64,000 nt of DNA from an uncultured Alphaproteobacteria bacterium (GTDB taxonomy: Bacteria > Pseudomonadota > Alphaproteobacteria > RF32 > CAG-239). The stretch lies in NCBI GenBank assembly GCA_934254585.1, contig CAKQLF010000001.1, positions 28,093 to 92,092 on the forward strand, in the 5' to 3' direction. The position numbers and the translations under genes are program-made. Under the pieces are notes generated by a model. The model was not told the DNA's origin. It saw only the letters and a program-made list of their open reading frames with translations, and searched no databases. Below are positions 28,245 through 37,106 of the stretch, one piece after another. Positions within the stretch are counted from its first letter, which is position 1. Every line of letters begins with the position of its first letter.

Positions 28245-28292
28245 TTTTATCTCCTTTAGCGTAACGATATGTTGTTATTACAAAAAAGGAGT
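28245..28292 (+). promoter_or_regulatory. possible SD-sequestering stem (RNA-thermometer-like) in leader of heat-shock operon
   Basis: Anti-SD ctcctt (28245-50) could pair with SD aaggag (28287-92) across about a 36-nt loop, upstream of the small peptide and Hsp20 genes. Confidence 0.25.
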
Positions 28293-28297
28293 AAAAA

Positions 28298-28444
28298 ATG
28301 AAAAAAGAATCTAAGTCATACGATAATAAAAAGTCATCTCAAAAAGCTCAACCAACTGTTTCTAAAGGCGGTTGCGGTTGTGGTTGCAGTGGTTCTTCCG
28401 TTTCGGAAATGGAAGAAATTGATGAAATTTCACTCAACAAATAG
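28298..28444 (+). CDS. small Cys/Gly-rich peptide (48 aa)
   Basis: Strong SD aaggag. Sequence MKKESKSYDNKKSSQKAQPTVSKGGCGCGCSGSSVSEMEEIDEISLNK. Ends 12 nt upstream of the Hsp20 gene. Confidence 0.4.
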   Translation: MKKESKSYDNKKSSQKAQPTVSKGGCGCGCSGSSVSEMEEIDEISLNK

Positions 28445-28456
28445 AGAGGCGTTTTT

Positions 28457-28936
28457 ATGAAAAATATGGCAGGTAACAGCCGGAGCCGCCATTCTGAAGT
28501 TGCCGCAGCTAATCGTCAAAACAATGACTTTGGCAGCCTTATGAATTATTTTTGGAATTATACAGATATGCCCGAAAGTTTTACCGAAGACTTGGAACCA
28601 AAAATTCAAGTAACGGAAACCAAAGACGCAATAAACGTTTCAGCAGAACTTCCGGGGATTGATGAAAATGATTTGGATTTGCAAATTTCCGCCAATGGTT
28701 ATTTAACTATTTGCGGCGAAAAGAAAAATTCAAACTCAAGTTCATCAAAAGATGCTTATTTTTCTGAAATTTCATACGGTATGTTCAAAAGAACAATTCC
28801 TTTGCCTTGGGATTTGGCTTTTGACAACGCTGACGCAACTTACAAAAACGGCGTGCTTAATGTTTTGATACCTAAAACACAGGTTGAAAAACAAAAATTC
28901 AAAAAAATTGCAATAAAAACAACTGATAAAAACTAA
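28457..28936 (+). CDS. small heat-shock protein (Hsp20 / alpha-crystallin family)
   Basis: Alpha-crystallin domain (LPGIDENDLDLQI....GVLNVLIPK). 159 aa. Confidence 0.85.
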   Translation: MKNMAGNSRSRHSEVAAANRQNNDFGSLMNYFWNYTDMPESFTEDLEPKIQVTETKDAINVSAELPGIDENDLDLQISANGYLTICGEKKNSNSSSSKDAYFSEISYGMFKRTIPLPWDLAFDNADATYKNGVLNVLIPKTQVEKQKFKKIAIKTTDKN

Positions 28937-28942
28937 AAGAAA

Positions 28943-28982
28943 AGTCTGTGTTTCAATTTTAATGGAACACAGACTTTTTTTT
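28943..28982 (+). terminator. rho-independent terminator
   Basis: agtctgtgtt-loop-aacacagact followed by T8. Confidence 0.8.
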
Positions 28983-29045
28983 ATGTGACACCCTCGCAAA
29001 CTTAATCAAAATTTAAATTATTTTATATAGATTACAGTTGAGTTT

Positions 29046-32000
29046 ATGTACAAAAACGAGGGTAAAATGTTTAAAAATAAAGTTTTAACAGAAACAACAG
29101 GTTTTGTAACGTTGATTTGTGTGGGGACATTAGCTTTGCCTACCAACTTAAAAGCCTATTATTTGCCGCCTGTTTCTTTTTCGGAAATGTATCGTTTAGC
29201 GCAAAGCGGTGATGTTGAAGCTTTAAGAGCCTCCGTCAGACGAGGATTAAATATTGATACAATTAACCAAAACGGTGATACCGGACTTTGTATAGCCGCA
29301 CGACGCCGTGATACCTATACTTACAATGCCTTTCGCGCTGCGGGTGCAAACCCTCACCACCCTTGTGTGCAGCGTATTGATTATTATAACAATTTTTTAA
29401 TTTCATCAAAGGCCGTACCTATTACCGCCACACCAAGAGAAGCTTACGGAGCTATTGGAAAAGAAACTTATAAAATTTCTTCAACAACGTGGTGGATTTT
29501 GGGAGGTCTGGCCGTTGGCGGTGGAATTGCCGCTTTAGCTATGGGCGGAGGAGGAGGCGGCGGTTCGTCTTCGGAAAAATCCAGTGAAAGCGGTATTGGC
29601 AACGTTATCGGTTCATCAGGTTCAACCCTAAAAACAACCTCTGGTTTGGCCACAAACAGTTCAGAGCTTAGTGTTGGCAATTCAAACTTATCTGAAGTCG
29701 CCGGAATAAATTTTAATAAAGATGTTATTTCCGCTGCAAAATCTCTAAATATTGCATTAAAAGCTGAAAACGGAGGTCAATATATAAACACTGCTGACAC
29801 AACCATAAATATAGGAGCCGGAGGAGCCGGTTTGGTTGCAGTTAATAACAGTAAGGTTATAAACAACGGTTATTTAAAATCAACTGAAACAGATTTTAAT
29901 GCGTCGGCAGGTATGATGGCCAGTAATAACTCCGAAGCCATAAACAATGGCAAGGGAATTATTGACAGAACAGGCGCAAACGGAATTGATTTAAAATTTT
30001 CCGGTTATAATGAAAACAACCTGATTATAGGTATGTACGCCGACACAAGTTCAAAAATAACCAACAACGGAGATATAAAAGGTTCGGCCACTCAAGCTAT
30101 TTCGGACCCGACAGCCGAAAACAAAAACAATTCTGAAAATTCTTCATCTTCCGGTTCGACAACGGCCGGCACTACTTCCGGCAACGGCACAATTGTCGGT
30201 ATGGAAACAATGATTATTAATGCCAACAAAGATTCAAGCGGAAATACTATCTATGCCATCAACGGCGAAAATGGCAATATTTCGCTGAGTGCCGGTGAGG
30301 GTATATCTTCCGGTACAGATGTAAAGCTAAACATTATTGGTATGAGTAGTTTTTTAGATAACTCTTTTCTTAATGGCAGTAAAAATATCCAACGTGCGGA
30401 AAAATCTTTTCTGGAAAATAATGGAAATATAACTCTGAGCTATACCGGTTCTTATTCCGCCGCGGCAGAAAACACTTTACGCAAAGGTCTGGGCGGAATT
30501 GTCGGTATAAGAGCTGATGCCAACACTACCGGCGTCAATAACGGCAATATAAACATAAAATTGACCGACACCACATCGTCAGCTGCAAACTCGGTTGATG
30601 TGGCGGCAGCTATGCAATCTGTTCACAGCGGTAACATAACCAATAAAAATAACATTAAAATTTCAACTTCTTCCACCAATGCCCGTATAACTTATGGTAT
30701 GATGGCCGTAGAAGGTGATGGTTCTGTTTCCGGATTATATACGGAAAATAAGCAAACTTTAGATAATATCGGCACAATAATAATGAATGCCAGTAATTCT
30801 TATGCTATGGCCTCATTCAACGGCGGAACGGTCGTCAACAATGGAACAATTACTATCGGCAACCAAGATGACAGTAATTTTGGTAAAAACACGGCAATGT
30901 ACGGTTCCGGCGACAGCTTTTTAACAACATTGAAAAATAATGGAACTATAAACGTTTACTCACAAAATTCTTACGCTATGCGCAACGACTTTAGCGGCGG
31001 AAACGTTATTTCTAATGATGGAACAATTTTTATTTCAAATTCAGCCAAAGGTTCAAATGTTTTCGGCGGAAATTACAGTAAAATTATTAATAACGGAACA
31101 ATTCAATATAAACCTGCAGCCTCAAATACTTCTGGTTCCGGCGGTTCTTCAGGTTCATCAACAACCGGCGGAACAGTTGGTGACAATTTGAATTTAACCC
31201 TTAATCAACACGTTATGGACACTAAATCTCCAACCGTTTCTTCCGTCACTTCAAGCGGTAACGAACAAGCTCTTAACAACGGAACTATTATTACAGAAAC
31301 TTCAAACACCTCGGCCATGAGTGTAGAAACTTCACAAGGTTCCGCTATTAACAACAATATTATTACAGTTGCGGCAAATAAATTAAAAGATAATGGAGTT
31401 AATGCCGGAATGTATCTTTCTGCAGATACTGAAAAATCCGCGAAAATTGTCAATAACGGACAAATAAACATTAATACTTCTTATTCCGTGGGAATGGGTA
31501 GCGCGTCTTCATATAATTCAAGAATCGAAAACGCCGAAAACGGAGTTATCAACCTTAATGCCGATAAAACCATCGGTCTTTATGCTTCGGGAAACAGCAA
31601 CTTGTTTAATAATGGCACTATAAATGTAAATAGTGATGACAGTATTGCTATTTTTTCGGCCGGAACAGGAACAGGGCAAAACAGCGCGCTTATATCCAAC
31701 AGTATTATCAATGTCAAAGGGAAAAATGCCATTATCTATCAAATTAACGGCTCTGCGGAAATAAATCAAAACGGGCGCATTAATATTGACGATTCCGTAA
31801 AATCAACTGCCACTTATTACTATGTAAACGGTTCTTTAAACTTAAAGAATATTGATTTAGGTATTGATTCCGGAAATTTTGTAAAAATCGGCTCTAACGG
31901 CAACGGAACTTTATCTATAGATGAAACAACTTCACTTTCAATCAGCAAGCAAGGAACAATTATAAACGCTGAAAACGGAGCAACATCTATCATTAATAAA

Positions 32001-33959
32001 GGAACATTAAGCTTACCAAGCGGTTCGGGAAGTTATGTTATGCTTTTAGATAAAAGTGCTAAAGCCGAAAATTATGGCACCATAAATGTTAATGGTGAAA
32101 ACAACTATGGTGTTTATATTAAGTCAGGTGAATTCAGCAATAAGAGTATAAGCACCGGCCCAGAACAACCAACTATAAATGTAAAAGGAAATAACAATTA
32201 CGGTATTTTTGCCATAAATGACGCCAAAATTACCAATGAAGGAAATATTAATGTTTCCGGAAACGATAATTACGGTTTATATTCTCAAAGCAGTGAAGAT
32301 ATAACCAATTCGGGAACAATTACCTTAACAGGTTCAAATAACTATGGTATTTATTCTGTTGCTGAAGGAAAAATAATCAACAGCGGCCGCATAAATGTTC
32401 AAGGTTCGGGAAATATTGGAATATACACCTCGCAAGCTAATGTTGAAAATAACGGAACAATTAATGTTTCCAGCGGGTCGACGGGAATAAAAGCGGAAAA
32501 AGCCGGATTAGTTAAAAATAACGGTGTTATCAACGGCAGCGGAACAGATATTGACCAACCAAGCGATGAAACTTCGCAAGCCTCTTTAGCCGCTAAAAAC
32601 TTTTTACAGGTTAAAACTAAAGGTATTATAAAAAACAATGGCCTTATTACCGCCAAAAATTTTAATTTTGACGAATCTAACGATGGAAGCGGACAAATTG
32701 TTGTTGGTAAAAACGGAACATACAAAGCACAATCACTAAGCGGAACTGTTGTTGCTGATGCCGACATTTCTCAAAACGGATTTAACACAGTCTATAGAAA
32801 TGATAATTCCTTTATCGGAAAAGACAATGGTTTAAATATCGTTTCCGGCTCTTATTTGTTTAATGCGCAAAAAGCTCTAAACAGTAATGGTAACACCGAT
32901 GTTGTTATGACAATGAAATCATTTAACGATGTAATAGATAATCAAGAATTTGCTGATTATTTAACTGAAAACTACCAAGCGCGTAAAGGTGAAGAAACAT
33001 TTAATTTGCTAAAAGGAGCAACTACCGCCCAAAGTTTTACAACTATAAAGAATAGAGAATTCGGGTTTAGTATGCTGCCAAACTTAGCAAAGCAGGATTT
33101 AGACATTTTAAACAATGTCAACCGCGCTATAAATGATGATGTTTTGGTTTCAACAACAGAAAACAGCCGCGCTAAAGTTAATGTTCTTACCTATCAGCAA
33201 AAAATAGGCAACAAGCAAGAAGTTTCCGGTTATAAAGATATGGTTAAAGCTGTTTACGGATTTAACGATTATCAAACAGCTGACAAATGGCGAGTTGGAT
33301 TTGGTGCCGCGGCGGCGCGTTCTGACACCAAATTTAACGATAATTCAAAACGTTATAACAATATATTGGAAATATTTACACCCTTAACTTATGTAAATGA
33401 CAATTTCCGCGCTATGACAAAACCTTTAATCGGTTTTGGAAAAGGTCATTATCGTCGCTTTGGCGGTAGCAATATTTATAAGGCCGACTTAACCAACTAT
33501 TATTACGGTATAAACACAGAAGCTCGTAAAACTTATGATTTAGATGCCGCACAGCTTGAACCGACTATCGGGTTTAATGTTACAAATATGCGAATTGACG
33601 GCATAAAGGAAAGCAATAACGGCTTAAAAACTGATGATGACAACGTATTGTCGGCGCAATCGGTTATAGGATTAGATATTAAAAAGGATTTTGAATTAAC
33701 TGAAAATCAAACAATTTATTTAACAGCCGGTGGAAAATATTTCTATGAATTTGGAAATAAATATTCTACACAAGCAACTTTGGGAGATTTAATAAATTCT
33801 TATAAAATAGAAAGTAATCGTTTACAGCGAAACAGCGGTTTATTAACCGTAAAAGCACAATATGAAAATAAAAATTTAGCAATAAGTGCTTCGCTTAATA
33901 AGCCTTTGGAACAAAAGAATAATACTTATTATTTGTTTAACTTAGGATATAAATTTTAA
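29046..33959 (+). CDS. autotransporter-like adhesin (type Va) with beta-helical passenger
   Basis: 1637 aa. Signal peptide (probable start at ATG 29067 after SD gaggg). One ankyrin-like repeat (NGDTGLCIAARRRD...AGANPHH), a hydrophobic Gly-rich segment and a Ser/Gly linker. About 1000 aa of N-N-G-(T/V)-I-N repeats are typical of parallel beta-helix passengers. The C-terminal roughly 300 aa beta-barrel-like region ends ...NLGYKF. Confidence 0.75.
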   Translation: MYKNEGKMFKNKVLTETTGFVTLICVGTLALPTNLKAYYLPPVSFSEMYRLAQSGDVEALRASVRRGLNIDTINQNGDTGLCIAARRRDTYTYNAFRAAGANPHHPCVQRIDYYNNFLISSKAVPITATPREAYGAIGKETYKISSTTWWILGGLAVGGGIAALAMGGGGGGGSSSEKSSESGIGNVIGSSGSTLKTTSGLATNSSELSVGNSNLSEVAGINFNKDVISAAKSLNIALKAENGGQYINTADTTINIGAGGAGLVAVNNSKVINNGYLKSTETDFNASAGMMASNNSEAINNGKGIIDRTGANGIDLKFSGYNENNLIIGMYADTSSKITNNGDIKGSATQAISDPTAENKNNSENSSSSGSTTAGTTSGNGTIVGMETMIINANKDSSGNTIYAINGENGNISLSAGEGISSGTDVKLNIIGMSSFLDNSFLNGSKNIQRAEKSFLENNGNITLSYTGSYSAAAENTLRKGLGGIVGIRADANTTGVNNGNINIKLTDTTSSAANSVDVAAAMQSVHSGNITNKNNIKISTSSTNARITYGMMAVEGDGSVSGLYTENKQTLDNIGTIIMNASNSYAMASFNGGTVVNNGTITIGNQDDSNFGKNTAMYGSGDSFLTTLKNNGTINVYSQNSYAMRNDFSGGNVISNDGTIFISNSAKGSNVFGGNYSKIINNGTIQYKPAASNTSGSGGSSGSSTTGGTVGDNLNLTLNQHVMDTKSPTVSSVTSSGNEQALNNGTIITETSNTSAMSVETSQGSAINNNIITVAANKLKDNGVNAGMYLSADTEKSAKIVNNGQININTSYSVGMGSASSYNSRIENAENGVINLNADKTIGLYASGNSNLFNNGTINVNSDDSIAIFSAGTGTGQNSALISNSIINVKGKNAIIYQINGSAEINQNGRINIDDSVKSTATYYYVNGSLNLKNIDLGIDSGNFVKIGSNGNGTLSIDETTSLSISKQGTIINAENGATSIINKGTLSLPSGSGSYVMLLDKSAKAENYGTINVNGENNYGVYIKSGEFSNKSISTGPEQPTINVKGNNNYGIFAINDAKITNEGNINVSGNDNYGLYSQSSEDITNSGTITLTGSNNYGIYSVAEGKIINSGRINVQGSGNIGIYTSQANVENNGTINVSSGSTGIKAEKAGLVKNNGVINGSGTDIDQPSDETSQASLAAKNFLQVKTKGIIKNNGLITAKNFNFDESNDGSGQIVVGKNGTYKAQSLSGTVVADADISQNGFNTVYRNDNSFIGKDNGLNIVSGSYLFNAQKALNSNGNTDVVMTMKSFNDVIDNQEFADYLTENYQARKGEETFNLLKGATTAQSFTTIKNREFGFSMLPNLAKQDLDILNNVNRAINDDVLVSTTENSRAKVNVLTYQQKIGNKQEVSGYKDMVKAVYGFNDYQTADKWRVGFGAAAARSDTKFNDNSKRYNNILEIFTPLTYVNDNFRAMTKPLIGFGKGHYRRFGGSNIYKADLTNYYYGINTEARKTYDLDAAQLEPTIGFNVTNMRIDGIKESNNGLKTDDDNVLSAQSVIGLDIKKDFELTENQTIYLTAGGKYFYEFGNKYSTQATLGDLINSYKIESNRLQRNSGLLTVKAQYENKNLAISASLNKPLEQKNNTYYLFNLGYKF

Positions 33960-34036
33960 CGATTATATATTTGTTAAGAAGTGTTTGTTATAATCAAGGT
34001 GTTTAATGATTCACCTAATTTTATGAGGAAAGAAAG

Positions 34037-34087
34037 ATGAAAAATAAGCTTAGCAAAGGTCTCTCTCTCTCTCTCTGCAAATCCTAA
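34037..34087 (+). CDS. 16-codon upstream ORF containing a (CT)8 tract
   Basis: SD gagga 7 nt upstream. Encodes MKNKLSKGLSLSLCKS. Speculative as a translated uORF. Confidence 0.2.
   Translation: MKNKLSKGLSLSLCKS
34060..34076. repeat. (TC)8 dinucleotide microsatellite
   Basis: tctctctctctctctct read directly. Only such tract in the window. Confidence 0.9.
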
Positions 34088-34475
34088 ATGTCTGATTAAA
34101 GGCATATTTTCTGCCGCTACAGACGTTTTTGCAAGTTTTTTCAGAAAAAATGACATATTAAAAAATAACAAGCACAGCACGAAACTGGCAGGCGGCACAA
34201 AGCAAGCAATTCTAGCACCAGTCATTATAGGCCCTGTGCCTAGAATCTTGTTGCAACAAGGTACTAACCTAGTCAATAAATTTGCCTTATTATTACATAA
34301 GTGTCGGTTCGCACAAGATTCTCGGGACAAGCCCGAGAATGACGGTAGCTGGAGGTGTTGGCTTAGTATTTGTTACAAGTTATTTAATTACCCCTCACCA
34401 GCAGACAAGTCTGCGACCGATAAGCCATCAAAGGGTTTGGATGTCGTGCGGCAATACGCCGTGCTTTTTGAACGA

Positions 34476-34495
34476 CGTGTACAGAGTAGTACACG
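34476..34495. repeat. palindromic element cgtgtac-N6-gtacacg (copy A)
   Basis: Perfect 7-bp arms. Lies within the conserved direct repeat cgacgtgtaca...agtacacgag. Confidence 0.8.
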
Positions 34496-34588
34496 AGTGA
34501 GAAAAGCGCAAGCAGTGAACGGACAGACAAAACATATTAGAAATCTTCTTCCGCAATGTGCGTCAGATGCGACGGGATTTTTAAGCGA

Positions 34589-34609
34589 CGTGTACAAAAA
34601 AAGTACACG
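34589..34609. repeat. palindromic element cgtgtac-N7-gtacacg (copy B)
   Basis: Same arms as copy A, about 113 bp downstream and 26 nt before the pilin-like GTG. Confidence 0.8.
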
Positions 34610-34634
34610 AGCGCGAAAATTCCTAGCAGATGGC

Positions 34635-35282
34635 GTGCAGTACGGTAGAAGTATGATTGAGATGTTGGGCGTTTTGGCCATCATCGCTGTTTTGAGCGTT
34701 GGCGGTATTGCCGGATATTCTAAGGCAATGGAAAAATTCAAACTTAATAAGGCTATGGATGAATACAGCTATCTTATTTATGGGTTGCTGGAACACTTAG
34801 ATGAAATTAAATATTCCACTAAATCCAGAGACGGAAATGATACTCCTGTTGTGGAATTAGCTAATAATTTGAATTTGGTTCCTCCGACATGGACAATGAT
34901 AGCAAACAATCTTAATGTTAGTCATAAAAATTTATTTGAAGACCCATATAACAATCTTTTATCTATTTACTCAAAAAACGGAAATTTGCGTTTTGATTTT
35001 ATTTTAGGCGGTTCGCAATTTAAGGACGAAGGTTCTTGGATAACTGAAAATTTTTCAACCAAATTCTGTATGGAATTGGTAAACAATGTTGTCAAACCAT
35101 TGCATTCTTCTTTGGAATTTTTATTTTTTTACAGGTCAAAAGGAAACTCATCCACTTTTTATGGTGATAAGAATTGTTCTTCCGGACGCAAATGTTTGAG
35201 TGATATCAGTATAAAAGAAGTGTATGATAATTGTAAACGTTGCTCAAAAAAAGAAGTTTGTTCAGTAACTATAGACTTTTAA
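34635..35282 (+). CDS. type IV pilin-like protein, paralog 1 (class-III-signal-like N-terminus)
   Basis: Track ORF 34236..35282. The start is reassigned to in-frame GTG 34635 because DNA conservation with paralog 2 begins exactly there (gtgcagtNcggNagaagtatgat). N-terminus ..G-RSMIEMLGVLAIIAVLSVGGIAGYSKAMEK has Glu at +5 of the hydrophobic segment. The C-terminal Cys motif CSSGRKCL...CKRC...EVCSV is shared with paralog 3. Confidence 0.55.
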   Translation: MQYGRSMIEMLGVLAIIAVLSVGGIAGYSKAMEKFKLNKAMDEYSYLIYGLLEHLDEIKYSTKSRDGNDTPVVELANNLNLVPPTWTMIANNLNVSHKNLFEDPYNNLLSIYSKNGNLRFDFILGGSQFKDEGSWITENFSTKFCMELVNNVVKPLHSSLEFLFFYRSKGNSSTFYGDKNCSSGRKCLSDISIKEVYDNCKRCSKKEVCSVTIDF

Positions 35283-35394
35283 ATTGTATATAATAGATAT
35301 CCACCAGTAATGATGAACTTCTTCCTTAAAGGTGGGTTTCCACTTTCTGGGGTACAGTTCAAAATCGGGTGATTTCTGTAACGAATGTATTAAA

Positions 35395-35424
35395 AGCTCG
35401 TGTAACACTGAATTTACACGAGCT
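35395..35424. terminator. bidirectional hairpin terminator; also third copy of cgtgta...tacacgag palindrome family
   Basis: agctcgtgtaa-cactgaat-ttacacgagct, then ttcattttt on plus and T-rich on minus. Between convergent pilin-like gene and rho. Confidence 0.6.
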
Positions 35425-35445
35425 TTCATTTTTATCATTCAAACT

Positions 35446-36699
35446 TTAAGAATTCATATTTTGGAAAAAGTCAGCATTATTTTTAGTTTGACGAAGTTTA
35501 TCCAATAAAAATTCCATACCGTCAGTCATACCCATTTGCATAAGCACACGGCGCAAAACCCACATTTTGGTCAATGTAGCCCTATCAACCAACATTTCTT
35601 CCTTACGGGTGCCGGAACGAGTGATATCAATGGTAGGGAACAATCGTTTATCGGTTAATTTTCTATCCAAAATTATTTCCGAATTACCTGTTCCTTTAAA
35701 TTCTTCAAAAATAACTTCGTCCATACGCGAACCGGTATCAATCAATGCTGTGGCAATAATGGTTAAAGAACCGCCTTCTTCCACATTTCGAGCCGCACCT
35801 AAAAGACGCTTAGGACGTTGCAGAGCGTTGGCATCAACACCACCTGTTAAAACCTTACCAGATGATGGAACAACCGCGTTATACGCTCTTCCTAGACGAG
35901 TAATTGAATCTAAAAGAATTACAACATCTTTTTTATTTTCAACCAAACGCTTAGCTTTTTCAATACACATTTCCGCAACTTGAACGTGTCGTGTTGATGG
36001 TTCGTCAAAAGTTGAAGAAATAACTTCGCCTTTAACCGAACGTGTCATATCCGTAACTTCTTCCGGACGCTCATCAATCAACAACACCATTAAATATACT
36101 TCAGGGTGATTAGTGGAAATGGCGTGGGCTATATTTTGCAGCATCACGGTTTTACCGGTGCGCGGCGGTGCCACAATCAAACCGCGCTGCCCTTTGCCTT
36201 GCGGAGCTATCAAATCAATAACGCGTGTTGTATAATCCTTATCCTTGCATATAATGTCAAAATTAAGCTTTTCTGTCGGATATAACGGAGTTAAATTATC
36301 AAAATTCACACGCAATTTAGATTTTTCAGGGTCATCAAAATTAATGGCATTAACCTTGGTTAAGGCAAAATAGCGTTCATTATCTTTTGGCGCGCGAATT
36401 TCACCTTCCACAGTGTCCCCCGTGCGTAATCCATATTTTTTAACCTGAGCCGGAGAAACGTATATATCATCAGGACTGGCTAAATAATTTGATTTTGAAG
36501 AACGTAAAAAACCAAACCCGTCTTGCAAAACTTCTATTACTCCGTCACCGCAAATAACCGTGTCTACTTCTGACAGTTTTTTCATTATGGCGAATATTAA
36601 ATCTTGAACACGCATAGAAGATGCGTCTTCAACTCCCAAATCTTCTGCTTGAGTTAACAACTCAGTCGGAGATTTCTCCTTTAATTCTTTTAAATGCAT
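35446..36699 (-). CDS. rho: transcription termination factor Rho
   Basis: 417 aa. N-terminal RNA-binding domain, Walker A GKT and RecA-like core. Confidence 0.95.
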   Translation of the reverse strand: MHLKELKEKSPTELLTQAEDLGVEDASSMRVQDLIFAIMKKLSEVDTVICGDGVIEVLQDGFGFLRSSKSNYLASPDDIYVSPAQVKKYGLRTGDTVEGEIRAPKDNERYFALTKVNAINFDDPEKSKLRVNFDNLTPLYPTEKLNFDIICKDKDYTTRVIDLIAPQGKGQRGLIVAPPRTGKTVMLQNIAHAISTNHPEVYLMVLLIDERPEEVTDMTRSVKGEVISSTFDEPSTRHVQVAEMCIEKAKRLVENKKDVVILLDSITRLGRAYNAVVPSSGKVLTGGVDANALQRPKRLLGAARNVEEGGSLTIIATALIDTGSRMDEVIFEEFKGTGNSEIILDRKLTDKRLFPTIDITRSGTRKEEMLVDRATLTKMWVLRRVLMQMGMTDGMEFLLDKLRQTKNNADFFQNMNS

Positions 36700-36872
36700 T
36701 TTTACCTTAAATTTTGTATGATTGTTAAAAATAGAATGTGAAACATTGAAATGTTTGTTGGTTTGCTTATATAAAAGATGAAGTTAAAAGTCAAATGTTT
36801 TTTATGCACATTTCTTTTCCCTTATTAATATTTTAAATTTAAATAGTTATTGTTATATATGCTTGCGAAATA

Positions 36873-36894
36873 TGTGGATAAATTTATATCCACA
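36873..36894. promoter_or_regulatory. inverted pair of DnaA boxes (tgtggataa / atatccaca)
   Basis: The 9-mer TTATCCACA is perfect on the minus strand at 36873-81. It matches 8 of 9 on the plus strand at 36886-94. Confidence 0.6.
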
Positions 36895-36927
36895 GAGTTA
36901 ATAACATTAATAAATTGTTTAACAAAG

Positions 36928-36969
36928 TTAATAAATAGTTAATTATTCAATAAGTTAAAAAATAGTTAA
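36928..36969. promoter_or_regulatory. two CtrA-box-like sites TTAA-N7-TTAA within an 18-bp direct repeat AGTTAAnAAATAGTTAAT
   Basis: ttaataaatagttaa (36928-42) and ttaaaaaatagttaa (36955-69). The region is about 80% A+T with several gttaataa repeats. Confidence 0.35.
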
Positions 36970-37097
36970 TATTTTTTTCAACATATCTTAATAAAATTTA
37001 TCTGATGTTAATAAGTTTGTATAATATTTTTACAAAAAGTTGATACTTTGTTAAAAACTAAAGTTGTAATAAAGTTATGCACATTTTGGGGTGTGTT

Positions 37098-37106
37098 TGT
37101 GGATAA
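37098..37106 (-). promoter_or_regulatory. DnaA box (perfect TTATCCACA) 30 nt upstream of coaE
   Basis: tgtggataa read directly. Confidence 0.6.

Noticed and set aside
33974-34330. 118-aa minus-strand ORF in the pilin-1 leader region
   Set aside because: It is antisense to the (CT)8 tract and hairpin region. Low-complexity translation, no SD. Probably a spurious ORF.
34236-34634. Long N-terminal extensions of the pilin-like ORFs in the track (34236..., 48791...)
   Set aside because: The extensions are not conserved between paralogs and run through palindromes and hairpins. DNA conservation begins exactly at in-frame GTG codons (34635, 48998), and paralog 3 has a short 9-aa leader. The upstream parts are treated as non-coding leader.
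36900-37020. CRISPR-like array suggested by repeated gttaataa units
   Set aside because: The repeats are 8-18 bp and AT-only with irregular spacing. No cas genes and no 25-40-bp repeat-spacer periodicity. Interpreted as promoter or origin-type AT-rich repeats instead.
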